NCBI GenBank assembly: GCA_965644295.1
Contig: CBFFRP010000243.1
Span: 1-24,252 of the forward strand
DNA length: 24,252 nucleotides
Source: Paraphysomonas bandaiensis
Lineage: Eukaryota > Protista > Chrysophyceae
Reading direction: 5' to 3'
Shown: positions 9,917-22,991 of the stretch, piece by piece
Layout of the letters: the number at the start of each line of letters is the position of its first letter
Numbering within the stretch: position 1 is the first letter of the stretch
Notes under the pieces: model-generated
Told to the model about the DNA's origin: nothing
What the model saw: only the letters and a program-made list of their open reading frames with translations
Databases searched by the model: none
Made by a program: the position numbers and the translations under genes

Positions 9917-12612
9917 ATGGGGAACGGATCCATGAAACAGTTTCAGTACGTGCAGGAGATCTCAGTGTCTTATCTCCCTCTCACTAAGAGTCGTCGACAG
10001 CGAATGAAAACAGAGAGAATCAAAACGAGGCGTCGCAATCTAGTTGTCAATGTGCTTGACTGTGATCCGGAAAAAGAGATTGCTGATATGGTCATTAGCG
10101 GTAACGGAAATGATGTTCCTGTCGGTGAATTACAGCCTCGTAAAGCAGCTGTGGATGCCTTTAAAGGGATCTTCTTCGTCGACACACAGGACTCCAGGTA
10201 CCGGGAACAACAATTGTATTTTCTTCTGAAAGCATTGAAAAAAGAAAGTTGCAAGAAAGGTGAATATGTTATCACAGAAGGTGAAGAAGGAGAAAAGGTG
10301 TATGTCATTGAAAATGGAGAGCTATCCGTTACAGTCAAAGGCATTTTCAAACGAAATTTATGTGCAGGCACTCTTTTCGGGGAGTTAGCTTTGCTGTACA
10401 ATGCACCTCGAAGTGCCACTGTCCGCTGCCTTACTGACTGCGACTTTTGGGTACTGGATAAATCTGTCTTCCGAAATATTCAACACATGAATGTTACTAA
10501 CGCGGCGAAATCTGTTCTGCAGCGCAGCCAATGGTTAATGAACTGCCCAGAATTAAGCAACCTTCGCCCTGTACAAATGTCTAGACTACTGGACTCGCTC
10601 GAATCAGAGCGGTATGAAATGGGCCAAGTAATTTACCAGTCAGGTCGTGCGTATGACAAAATCATTTTGATTGAGAGCGGCACTGCGAATGTAATGCTCG
10701 AAGCTTCTGAGAACGTAAAGTTGAATGACAATGATACTGACACTACACTTGGCGTTGTTCGACCCCAAGTCAAGCCGACTAGCCCCCTATCTAACTCTCT
10801 TTTGCGTCATGATTCTTTTCGCTCTCCCCAATCGAAGCCCGATATTCTACCGGCACTGTCAGAGTGCTCATCTGCTTGTGAGTCAATAGACGACGAAGAT
10901 CGATACTTCTCAGTGTGCACTCTGGTTGAAGGATGTGTGTTTGGTCTCCCAATACTGCAGGCACAGTCAACTGGACGGGACTGTGGCATCTGGAAGTGTA
11001 AGAAAGCATCGGATAAGAAGTGTGAGGTCATATGCCCGGTGCGCATTGTCGCACTGGATGATGTTGTGTGTTCCACATTTTCTGTAGAAACATTTGAACA
11101 TCTTTTTGGTCCCCTATCGCGGGTAACGGAATGCACGAACGAATCTTCCAGTACTCTCCCCACATTGCCTATGAAAAAGTTACAACGTTTTGATCCAGAC
11201 AAAATAACTGTAGATCGGCTGCTTGGCAAAGGTGGTTATGGGACAGTAGTATTGGGTCAGTACGATCAGCAAACATACGCTGTGAAATTCATGAGCAAAT
11301 ACGAAGTAGCGAATGGTAACCAAATACGCCATGTGCAAGACGAGCGAAGACTATTGGCTTCCCTTGATTCGCCTTTCATCTTAACACTTTTCGGCACTTG
11401 TCAAACAGCATCAGCGATTGCTTTTGTCACAGAGTATGTTGACAGAGGTGACATGTGGAGCGCGATACACGAGAACCCGAAATATGAAGATAGAGGACTT
11501 CCTGTGGAAATTATTCAGTTTTATACCTCATGTATTGTACTTGCATTGACACATGTCCACAAGAATCATATTGCCTTCAGGTGTGTACGCTTTGTGCATA
11601 TTTGCGTGTGATTCAAAATGTATAGTTAGTGATGTTTGCTCGTTATGTTCACTCCCAGAGGTTGGAAGGTTGTTTCTAATTGTGATATTTCACTTGTAGA
11701 GATTTGAAACCAGAGAATGTAATGATCGACTCCAACGGCTATTTACGATTGATTGACTTCGGTAGGTTATACGATGCCAAAGTTACAGCGAAACTAATCC
11801 TAGTGACAGGGCTTGCAAAATGCCTGCCTTATGAGAAGGTTGACTGTATGGGTGAAAAGAGTGTATTGTATAAAACATATACGCTTTGTGGTACACCAGG
11901 TATGTAACACTGCTTCACTTGTGAATATGGCCGTACATTATATGTCCGGAAGGCAAGTTGTGTTTTGTTTTTTATTCGTCTTTACGCAGAGTACCTTGCC
12001 CCTGAGAGTGTCTGTGGTATGGGCAATGATCGCTCAGTTGATTTGTGGGCATTGGGGATAATGATATATGAGATGCTAACGATGAGCACCCCTTTTGTTG
12101 ACGAGGATGATCCGGAAAATGTAGATAAAATTATCAAAAACATATCTCGTGTGAAGGTAGGTATACGTCGTGGAGTGATGCGTATGTTGACCCTTGTTTT
12201 GCCATGCAGGCTCATGGCGTTGATATATATTCTAATTTGACTCGAGACAGTCCTTCGCTTCCAGCTCTTGATTTAATACAGTCACTCCTGAAATGTGATC
12301 CCAACGAGTAAGTGAAATTGCTGGCACTTAAAATGAAATTGTTTCGAATGTTCTCGTATGATGTCGATGTGGCATTGTGAAACATTTGTACTAATATCTA
12401 CATATGTCAGACGTATTGGATTCCGTGACCATAACCCTAAGGCGATTTTCGATCACGAGTTTTTCACCCTGTTTGATTTTGATGGAGTGGAATCACTTAA
12501 TTACACACCGGATTACATACCACCTGATCCGACGGACGACACATATGCGTATGTTCCCACTTTAAGGTTCAAGCAGTTTAAAGGCGACAACAGTATATTT
12601 GCTGACTTCTGA
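9917..12612 (+). CDS. cGMP-dependent protein kinase-like (cNMP-binding domain(s) + AGC kinase), 6 exons, ~760 aa
   Basis: Exons 9917-11580, 11700-11761, 11810-11899, 11990-12156, 12210-12307, 12411-12612 (GT-AG, 2283 nt). CNB cassette FGELALLYNAPRSATV; kinase motifs GKGGYG, YAVK, FRDLKPEN, DFG, TLCGTPEYLAPE, DLWALG; AGC C-terminal FADF. Confidence 0.93.
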
Positions 12613-13435
12613 ACCCATTTATTTTTGAAAGGAGAGCTATCCGAAAAGTATATGACTCAAATATTACGCATGCAGAGATTGTTCACTTGTAAATATGACT
12701 ACCAAAAGTTCATACAGGTAGTACACAACAGTACAGGACTGTTGATTTTTGCTTTATCCATTTTGTTATGGTATTTATTGACGCATATGTTATCAAAGCC
12801 GTGACTTAAATACATACATATGTAATACTTGAATGCAAATTGCATCATAAAAAAAATGGCGATGTATTACTGACACTGTTTCATGAAAACTGACATGAAT
12901 TGATGATGAATTGAAGTAGATTGGTTTTTATTCCATTTTATGTTATATGCTGCGAAACCGCAGTGAACTGTTTTCTACAGATGCTATTTATTTTAATCAA
13001 TAAACTTATATTATATTTAATTTCTCATATTTACAGTGTATTTAATATTCAAAGTTGATTTGTCAATAGCCTACGATGTATATAGTCAAGTAGAAAACAG
13101 CTGATAATCATACTCAACTATCAAGATTAGTCATTAGGATTGCACAATTTACATAACCCATTATACTACAGAACTCAACATACTCAACGATCAAGTAGCA
13201 AAATTATAATTAGCATCTCTTACCATTCACTGTCATTCGCTAAATTTATATTCTCTCTACTACCAATCAACATTAGCGGTTCTTAGATAGACAGGATCTT
13301 ATACAGTCAAAGTATTTCAGTTTTTCTAACATAGTTCATATCATATCTACAGTTGCAAACTACTGTACCTTTCAATCAATGCTAATAATTCGAATACCTT
13401 AAAACACAGGATTTCCTTTCTTAATAATGCATAAA

Positions 13436-13960
13436 TCAACACTCCCTCTCAATTCGAAACTGTAGATAGAATCTTCATCTCACGAGACATAACTGACGGA
13501 TACGCAACCACTGATACCCAAATAGGACAAACTGACGCTTCAGCTAGCCTCACCACAGTCAACACTATGATGATCTTCCCTATCGTTTGGATGTATAGTT
13601 TATGATCATCGCTTCGACATCTTCACACTGCTTCTCATACGCACACATAGATCAGATGAAACTATCAGCAGTTCGGTCACCAGTGATAACACGATACAGA
13701 GCCGCTGCATTGAACGGTCTATCCGGATCTACATGATCACGTACTCAGTGATTACTGATCTCGAAATGCTGAAGTCCGTGCGATGCAGGGAGTCAGGAGC
13801 GCTTCGGCTATCCAGGAAGACAGAGTGGGTCGGCACCCTGCATGCTGACGTCAAGGCTGTGACATGTAAAAGGGCTACACAGTGTATCCAGTGTATCGGC
13901 GAGGCGCCACATCTCCAGCCCAATCTGCATCAAGATATGCATATCCCACATGGATTCCTG
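13436..13960 (-). mobile_element. Degenerate Ty1/copia retrotransposon 3' end: RNase H relic, polypurine tract and start of the 3' LTR
   Basis: Minus strand reads GYAYLDADWAGDVAPRRYTGY (DADWAGD at 13931-13911), then decayed and frameshifted VFLDSRSA...HRT and ITGDRTADSF (cf. copia DNxSA..H.RT and DQxADxFTK). It then reads TTGAGAGGGAG-TGTTGA (PPT/LTR junction at 13452-13436). Confidence 0.8.
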
Positions 13961-14133
13961 CCAGCCATACTGCACCATACTGGACATACCATGTACATCT
14001 ATATGCACATATCTGTACCTCCACACAGCAGAGCAGACGTACACATACAGCAGTACACCAGAGCAGAGCATACAGCAGTAGGCAGCAGAATACATTGTAA
14101 ATACAACCGTATTTCAGCATTGTGTCTGAGATA

Positions 14134-14152
14134 GGAATTTCCGTGAAACGTC
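14134..14152 (+). promoter_or_regulatory. Possible imperfect heat-shock element upstream of polyubiquitin
   Basis: gGAAttTCCgtGAAacGTC has nGAAn/nTTCn spacing with two single mismatches, ~150 bp before the ATG. Polyubiquitin genes are commonly stress induced. Confidence 0.3.
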
Positions 14153-14166
14153 TTGTGACTGCATGA

Positions 14167-15666
<1,500 letters not shown>

Positions 15667-16230
15667 CTCTGTTGCTTTAATGTATTATGGTATCCTACTT
15701 TAATTTAATCATTGAATAATTGTAATAATATGGATTTTGTTAATTATTATGGCTTTGATATTGCATTTTTTTTATATAGTGATCATAGAGCGTAGTACGA
15801 CCCATCTGAAGTTGCTTGTTTGATACTGCACTATGAACTAGTATCTTGGATATTTAGTTACATATTAGCTATAGAAGCATACTGAATCATATATATATCA
15901 ATGCTGATCGTATTACGACTAAGTAAAGTTGTTTGGTACTAAATTAGGACTAGTATTTTAATACCGCTGGTGTACCCGCTTGTAATAATATAAACTGAAT
16001 CTAGCATTCTTGTTTGATTTTTTGAGATAAGTATAATATTGGATAAGTCATTCGCAGGGTGCATTTATATTTTTTTAATGTAGATCTCTAGTGCATGCTC
16101 ATTTAACATTGTCTAATACTTGAGATAGACACTACCAAACGAATTCGTAAGAGTAAAAGTGCAGATTTCTTATACATAAAAAGGCACAGATATCGTTGTG
16201 ATTCAAGCTCATAGCGTCAACGTAATGCCC

Positions 16231-16695
<465 letters not shown>

Positions 16696-16733
16696 TCACT
16701 TACACACGAGCGTCCTGTGGAGAGGCAGGCAAC

Positions 16734-17532
16734 ATGGACTCATCTACTACTGAGAACACCCCAGTAGATAACGTTACTGTGGGAAAGAAACTGGCTCCTT
16801 ATAACCCCACTAACGTCGAGTGTGTTCACATGGCTCTGTCGATGCTGAGCATATCGCCCACTGATGTTTTATATGATCTGGGTAATATGCATGCGATGTG
16901 TATGGATACTGTTAAAGTGTTTAACAGGATGTGGAGATGGAAGGCTTCTTGTGGAAGTAACTGTTATCGCACTCTATGTATGTGTGGAGTAATATGCATC
17001 ACAGGCAAGTCGCATGCACAACATACGATCCATCGGCATAGAGTACGACAGTTCCCTATGCGAGCGCGCAAGAATGAACGCTGAAGCTGCTGGTCTCTCT
17101 GAAAAAGTTAAATTTTGCTTAGTATTCCATACTTTGAATTATAGTGTTTGCAGATCGAAATTATACACGCTAATGTCGTTGATGTGGATATCGATGACGC
17201 AACAGCAATTTTTGTCTATCTAGTTCCTGAAGGAATGAGAGCGATGAAGGATACTCTTGTTGGCGCCCTTCGTAGAGGCTGTCGAATCGTAACCTATGGT
17301 AAGCACTACATCTCTGGTAGCGTACTGTCGTGGAAAAGTATTACTTCTTTGTTCTCACGCGAATATGGATTCGTCTATTAACACATATCATTTTTAGTTT
17401 TCTCGATTCCCGATTTGTCACCGACTGAGGTAAGTGGTAAATATGTATTGTATGGGGTTATTGTAATTGTTAATATTGTAGACTACTGTATATAAGAAGA
17501 GTACAAAACTCTATTATTATGCACCGATGTGA
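16734..17532 (+). CDS. Class I SAM-dependent methyltransferase, FAM173 (ATPSCKMT/ANTKMT)-like, 6 exons, ~168 aa
   Basis: Exons 16734-16881, 16928-16956, 17005-17106, 17154-17298, 17398-17429, 17482-17532 (GT-AG, 507 nt). Motifs LAPYNPT, LYDLGCGDGRLL, GIEYD, DATAIFVYLVP, GCRIVTYVFSIP, LYYY. Alternative in-frame ATG at 16686. Confidence 0.88.
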
Positions 17533-18120
17533 ACTAGTGAATAAAACTGTTAATAAGTTAGTGAAAAGAGCTGTGGCAACGTATTTGGAGAATTCTTCGA
17601 GTTTACTACACATCCAATTAATGTGATACGTGGTAGATTGTATGATCTATATAATACCATCCAATCATATTATTGCTCGGCACTGGTGTTCATTAACAAT
17701 ATAGTGAGTTACGATTTACGATATGTTGTATTGTGGTATTGTATATTGTAGAAGCCAACTTAAATATTACAATATAAATAGTGAAAAATATGTCGTTGAA
17801 AATGTCATGCTGGTTACCAGAAAACAAAAACAGTAGATTAAAATATTCCTATCTTTGTTAGAGCAAAGATTACTTCCAGCATTCATGAAAGTCTGCATTA
17901 ACAAATAATTTGGACTGTATTAACAGAGGCTAATCACTCAGAATTCTACACTATGCTTCTACAAAAACTGTTGTCTGAAACAGCTTGTTCAATGCTAGCG
18001 CAATAGTCCAAAGTGTAAACAGTAAACACATTACGCACTGAGCATTCGAACACCTACACCCTGAATCCATACTGGCATACTGTGTAATGTTTCAACGCAC
18101 CATAGAACAGAGGTAGAGGT

Positions 18121-18410
18121 TATTAGAATATGGATCTTATTCTAGTATATTCAGTATGTCACTTCAAGACAATGTACGAGAATACAGTGAAATATAGTGA
18201 TGTACAAATGCTGTGATGATATTGAGAAACTGAAATAGTTTGATCGTTCAAGATATGTTCAGTAACGAGAGGTTCGCATATGTAGGATATTATGCAGGGA
18301 TTATAATGAGTTAGTGTTGGTTATCACAACTGTAAACGATACTAATAAATCTATCTAGTCTTACGACAAATTCTCTCTGTGATCTAGTGTAAAATGAGCG
18401 TTTCTCAACA
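18121..18410 (+). mobile_element. Possible degenerate solo LTR
   Basis: TATTAG...TCAACA flanked by GAGGT on both sides (18116-18120, 18411-18415). Internal TATTGAGAAAC (18220) is an 11-bp, 1-mismatch inverted repeat of the end, and the sequence after it resembles minus-strand copies at 13297-13331 and 22922-22956. Left boundary is ambiguous. Confidence 0.45.
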
Positions 18411-19095
18411 GAGGTATATTATAATGCTGTATAATATAGTCTATAGCAGCTGCGTAGCTGCTACGACTACTCATACTAAAGCTTTCTTGATGTTAAACAT
18501 AGGTTATCAAATCATCACAGTCTGGTATCTGGATGTATTTCATGAAATGATAGTGCATTCATCTCTCACATGTAGTCTAAACGTCCAATACCTATAAAAA
18601 CCTGTTCAGCACAGCTAAACTGACCATCTCAGTGTTACGCAAAGACATGCACCTTGCTACTCCCTCTAAACGTAAAATCAAAATATGTTATTGCAGAGGA
18701 ATACGTATTAAGATTCACTAGTTCACGTATATCTCTCAAGACGTGAATACTACAAAATATAAAAAGAAATAACAATTTACGGAATAATAACCAGACTATA
18801 TAAGATACGCGACTGTACAAGACATGCTAATGTATGTGGTGCTTACGCTCTGTTCGAACGTGTCTTGCTATTATACTCTAGGTTTTATTCTTCTTGTGAA
18901 GTTTATATAATCAATCTTTATCTCCTAACAATACGAAGTGAGTATATTTCATTAAATACAAAAGCTAGCAATAAATTTTATTTATACGGCGAAACCCGGC
19001 TTAGGACGACCCGTCGTCGGTATTTGTAGTATGTCTTGATATCAAATTATGACACTGTACTATACACTATACACTATGAACATGATGACTACAAC

Positions 19096-19370
19096 CAGGG
19101 CTAGGAAACAATATATTACAATCATACTATTGTTAGAGAGCGTTCCAACAGTACTATTGATGGAGATTTTGAACAGGCCCAACAATACAATTACAATATA
19201 TTGTACAATGTATTGCAATACATTAGTATGATTAATCGGTAAGTAAACACATCCGTAGATTCCATTTTTAGTATTAGTCATTAAGATCATATGACAGCCA
19301 AACCACCTACTGCTTATAGCTAATAAAAATCCACCTCGTCCTGATTACAATATATTGTTTCCTAGCCCTG
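19096..19370. mobile_element. hAT-type non-autonomous TIR element (MITE), 275 bp
   Basis: 29-bp TIR CAGGGCTAGGAAACAATATATTacAATCA (19096-19124) vs its reverse complement at 19342-19370 (27/29). 8-bp flanks ACTACAAC / ATTTCAAC (6/8) fit a decayed TSD. Confidence 0.85.
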
Positions 19371-19488
19371 ATTTCAACATTCTCTATCATAGCTCAGAGA
19401 ATGTTTGCGACTGGCTAAGCAGTGGATAAGCTTTGTTTGGCAGTATTGTGTTTGTGTACTAGAAATGGAATATACGCTTATATATTGC

Positions 19489-19578
19489 TACTGATTAATC
19501 ATGCTACCATATTTTAGTATATTGTAATTGCATTGTTGGACCGGTTAGAAATATAATACAATATTATAGATGGGAAGC
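19489..19578. repeat. Older, inverted partial copy of the MITE interior
   Basis: TACTGATTAATCATGCTA...TATATTGTAATTGCATTGTTGGACCGGTT aligns with the reverse complement of ~19140-19241. Confidence 0.6.
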
Positions 19579-19682
19579 AATATTACAATGCTATTACAAT
19601 ATGTCACGTAACTCCAACCAACTCATAAGAGACAAATAAAATGAAAATACAACACATCAAATCTGTTTAAACGCAAGACATG

Positions 19683-19940
19683 TCAGCACGCATCCGTCTG
19701 GCTGTTATTGTTGATATCCTCATCATACAATACAACCCTCGCAGAGAGAGTGTTATCTCTTGACGGAGATACATATTCAGCATCTGTCTCTGTACAGAAT
19801 TCTATTGCTATGTTGTCTGGAGAAACGTCCTCCTCCCCCCCATCATCGAAATACTTATGCTTCCACTTACGTATCTTTAATACCATCCATGTAGCAACAG
19901 CAGCACCAATAATGATAACAATAATTACCCATGTATCCAT
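19683..19940 (-). CDS. Hypothetical small single-pass membrane protein, 85 aa
   Basis: MDTWVIIVIIIGAAVATWMVL (TM helix), then basic KIRKWKHK and an acidic tail. No homolog recognised. Confidence 0.55.
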   Translation of the reverse strand: MDTWVIIVIIIGAAVATWMVLKIRKWKHKYFDDGGEEDVSPDNIAIEFCTETDAEYVSPSRDNTLSARVVLYDEDINNNSQTDAC

Positions 19941-20102
19941 CACTTTAATCTTAGCTCTGGATAGGCGATAGCTTCATGGTGGCTGGAGTGAGGAGACTGA
20001 TATAATGATGCAGACTCTCATTTCAATGTTGCCCAAGATCATCGGCCATATTACATAACATATATATATATTACCTAAAATTTCCTACATCTGTATCGCA
20101 AG

Positions 20103-20175
20103 GATTCCGTGGTGTAGGGGTTATCACATGTCGTTAACACCGACAAGGTCGCCGGTTCGATTCCGGCCGGAATCA
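20103..20175 (+). tRNA. tRNA-Val(AAC), copy 1
   Basis: Cloverleaf: acceptor GATTCCG/CGGAATC, anticodon arm TGTCG-TTAACAC-CGACA, T arm GCCGG-TTCGATT-CCGGC, A73; T5 tract downstream. Confidence 0.97.
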
Positions 20176-20259
20176 CTACACTTTTTGGTCATATTACAAT
20201 CCATTGTACTCTACCTAAAGTACTTTATATAATATAATTTCTTTCGTAACATACAACAT

Positions 20260-20332
20260 GATTCCGTGGTGTAGGGGTTATCACATGTCGTTAACACCGA
20301 CAAGGTCGCCGGTTCGATTCCGGCCGGAATCA
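20260..20332 (+). tRNA. tRNA-Val(AAC), copy 2
   Basis: Identical 73 nt to copy 1; T7 Pol III terminator at 20338-20344. Confidence 0.97.
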
Positions 20333-20408
20333 CTACATTTTTTTGCACACATAAAACACTAAAAGACTGCATATAAATAGCCTATTTTTCAGAAAATTCC
20401 CAAGTAAT

Positions 20409-20481
20409 GATTCCGTGGTGTAGGGGTTATCACATGTCGTTAACACCGACAAGGTCGCCGGTTCGATTCCGGCCGGAATCA
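20409..20481 (+). tRNA. tRNA-Val(AAC), copy 3
   Basis: Identical 73 nt to copy 1; T6 terminator follows. Confidence 0.97.
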
Positions 20482-20555
20482 CATTCTTTTTTCATACCTG
20501 TCGTACGATATATGTCCTTTATATTTTCATAATAAATCAGTTATAAATGTAACTT

Positions 20556-20628
20556 GGTTCCGTGGTGTAGCGGTTATCACGTTTCGCTTACACCGAAAAG
20601 GTCGCCGGTTCGATTCCGGCCGGGATCA
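20556..20628 (+). tRNA. tRNA-Val(TAC)
   Basis: Acceptor GGTTCCG/CGGGATC (two G.U pairs), anticodon arm TTTCG-CTTACAC-CGAAA, same T arm; T9 terminator. Confidence 0.95.
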
Positions 20629-20879
20629 AATTCTTTTTTTTTCTCAATTGGAATTGTATTATCTCACTGTATACCTGTATACACTATACATATATACGTA
20701 TAGATATAAACATACATCCATCTATGCGTGTGTGTATGTATCATACTGGCGTCTATTAACACATACATACATACACACACAGTCTCCTATCCACATGTAT
20801 GTATATTGATGCAGTCATCTCATTCCTTATGGGCTATTTATTTTACATGTGCAGTGAGCGTGTAGGATAGACGGTGTGG

Positions 20880-22373
20880 ATGAGGCCCGTGTGGTGTGTG
20901 TGGAGACGCCTCACGCTCTGTGTGTGTGGGTCTCTACTGTTGCTGTGTGGATGGATGAGTCTGGTGCTCATATCGACCCCCCTCACACACCATCACTCAA
21001 TCGATAGGCCCTCTGATCCCTCTGGTCCCTCTGCTGTTAGTGGTGGGCCTGTGTTTCATGTGGTCTTCATGACCGGGTGTTCCGTACAGGATAACTGGCA
21101 GTCTCTGCTGCTGTTCCACTCCGCTGAGACCGTTAAACAGAGAGGTGTGCTGACCCGCATCGCTTATGGCTGTAGTTTAAGCGAGCAGAGACAGCTATCT
21201 GAGCTCTATCGCATCCTTCACCCTCGATATCACGTGTACTTCACTCCTCACTATTACGGGCCACCTGAGCTCAACCATCGCAACCATATCCTTCCCTCTG
21301 GTTTGGTCCACTGGCTAGAAATGTCTCCGTTTGCTGCTACATCGGGGGATATAGTTGCTGTTATAGAACCTGATTTTGTTTTTTTGCGGCCTCTCACAGA
21401 GAAACTCAACGGACACAGCGGTGTACTGTTCAGTGGATCTGTTCTTGCAACCGACGTATTTGATAGGGTAAGGCGGGGATACCCGGTAGCGCAGCAATAT
21501 GAAATTGGAGCCCCTTGGGTTAAGAATGATTATGGGGACTTGGACCGAGATCGAATATGTGGAAAGTCATCTCCGTGCACTGAGATTAGCAGTGCGGAAG
21601 AAGGAGACAAATACTACTCCATTGGCCCGCCTTACATCGCAGAAAGGGAAGACTTACTACGTTTAGCACACACGTGGGTAAAATTCTTGCCTCTCGTCAA
21701 GAAAAACATTTCGAAAGATGCTGAAGATATGACGGATGTATATGCATATGCCCTTGCAGCTGCGCATGAGCGCCTGCCACACTTGCGTCTCGACCATTTT
21801 ATGGTTTCCAACAGAGCATCAGCTGGAGAAGGGTGGCGGTGGGTTGACGCTCTTGGTGGAGATGTCTGCAGTACTTTACAATACGAGCAGAAACAACTCT
21901 TTAGAAATATGACGCTGCCTACATTTTTGCACTACTGTCAGCAGTATCGTGTGAAAGGACAGAATAGGATGCAATACTGGGAGTTCTTTAAGGCTCACGT
22001 CAAGGGGCCAGTATTTGACTGCACTAATAAAATGCCAGCTCCTCCGTCAGGTTTGGCAGAGAGTAAGGTGAGCATCACTGCTATTTGTATACTTTGAAAC
22101 ATATAAGGGCGCATTTCTATTGTGAAGAAATAAATATGCTTGTTGTGATATGCGTATCAATCTCATTTTACTTCTATACGAAGATTTTACAAACTCCCAA
22201 GAAGATGATAAGAAGAGATGCTTTCGTGGTTTGTACCATGTATGAGGCATTAAGATCCGCCGTAATGCACTATCGAAATGTGATGTGCACTCCAACTGGT
22301 ATGTAGAGCGTATTTTTGCCATTCGCTTCTCTTTTGTGTCCATTTTTCTGTAGCTTGTCCCGGAAATTTTTGA
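20880..22373 (+). CDS. Type II membrane glycosyltransferase related to hydroxyproline O-arabinosyltransferase (GT95) / peptidyl-serine galactosyltransferase SGT1 (GT96), ~440 aa
   Basis: N-terminal TM anchor and Pro/Ser stem; FHVVFMTGC...WQSLLLFHS...Q.G.LTRIAYGC, P.GLVHWL, VIEPDFVFLRP, GPPYI, YAYALAAAH.RLPH, HYCQ.Y. Exons 20880-22067, 22184-22298, 22354-22373; the last exon is uncertain (unspliced stop at 22306). Confidence 0.85.
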
Positions 22374-22991
22374 AATAACTTCCTTACGATGTGTATGATG
22401 GAATGGTTGCAAGTTTATGTTAGATGCATGAAATTTTGACTTTTACATAGATGTGGCGATAAAGATTTGGTTCGATGAACTAAGTTTGTTATAATTAAGA
22501 AAACAAATATTGTTTTCGTAAGTCACCTGTATAAATTAAGGTATAACGTAGACTATAAATTCAAGTTATGCGTCTAACCAGCATCATACGTATACATTGT
22601 ATTGTTGGGATTTTAGGAAAAATGGATTTAATCGTGGAATGTGTAGCTATTTGCGTACTCGTTTCACTGTAACATTTTGAAGAAATTTATTATAAAGAGA
22701 AGATAAGTTAACATACACAAAAATTCTTTCAATTATACTTCTCTTTTATCTTCTATTCTACATTTGACATTGGGGTGCTTTCTTCCCCTTTTACCCAAAC
22801 TATTCGCTACCACATCAGTATTCAGTATATGACATTTCGGATCACAAAAAGTAAAACAACTGAACGTTGAAATCAGTAAATGACCAATTAGTAAAATTTT
22901 ATCAGATCTTCTTAGTCACGTTCTTATACAGTCGATATATTTCAGTTTGTCTAGTAGTGAATGTCTGGTTTTAGCAATAGGCGTGCTAGAG

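Noticed and set aside
9970-11229. Antisense ORFs of 72-149 aa inside the kinase exon (similar ones over the MATE and glycosyltransferase genes)
   Set aside because: Shadows of well-supported genes on the opposite strand.
17794-18097. CGTTGAAA...TTTCAACG 8-bp inverted ends, LTR-like
   Set aside because: Ends are CG rather than TG/CA, there is no TSD, and I found no second copy.
19005-19030. GC hairpin GACGAC-CC-GTCGTC followed by GTAG, like a Helitron 3' end
   Set aside because: The terminus is not CTRR, the stem is short and no matching 5' end was identified.
19049-19290. Hydrophobic 60-76 aa ORFs on both strands
   Set aside because: They lie over the AT-rich MITE; compositional artefact.
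20103-20628. Identical repeats separated by unique spacers, resembling a CRISPR array
   Set aside because: The repeats are 73-nt tRNA-Val cloverleaves with Pol III terminators; eukaryotic context, no cas genes.
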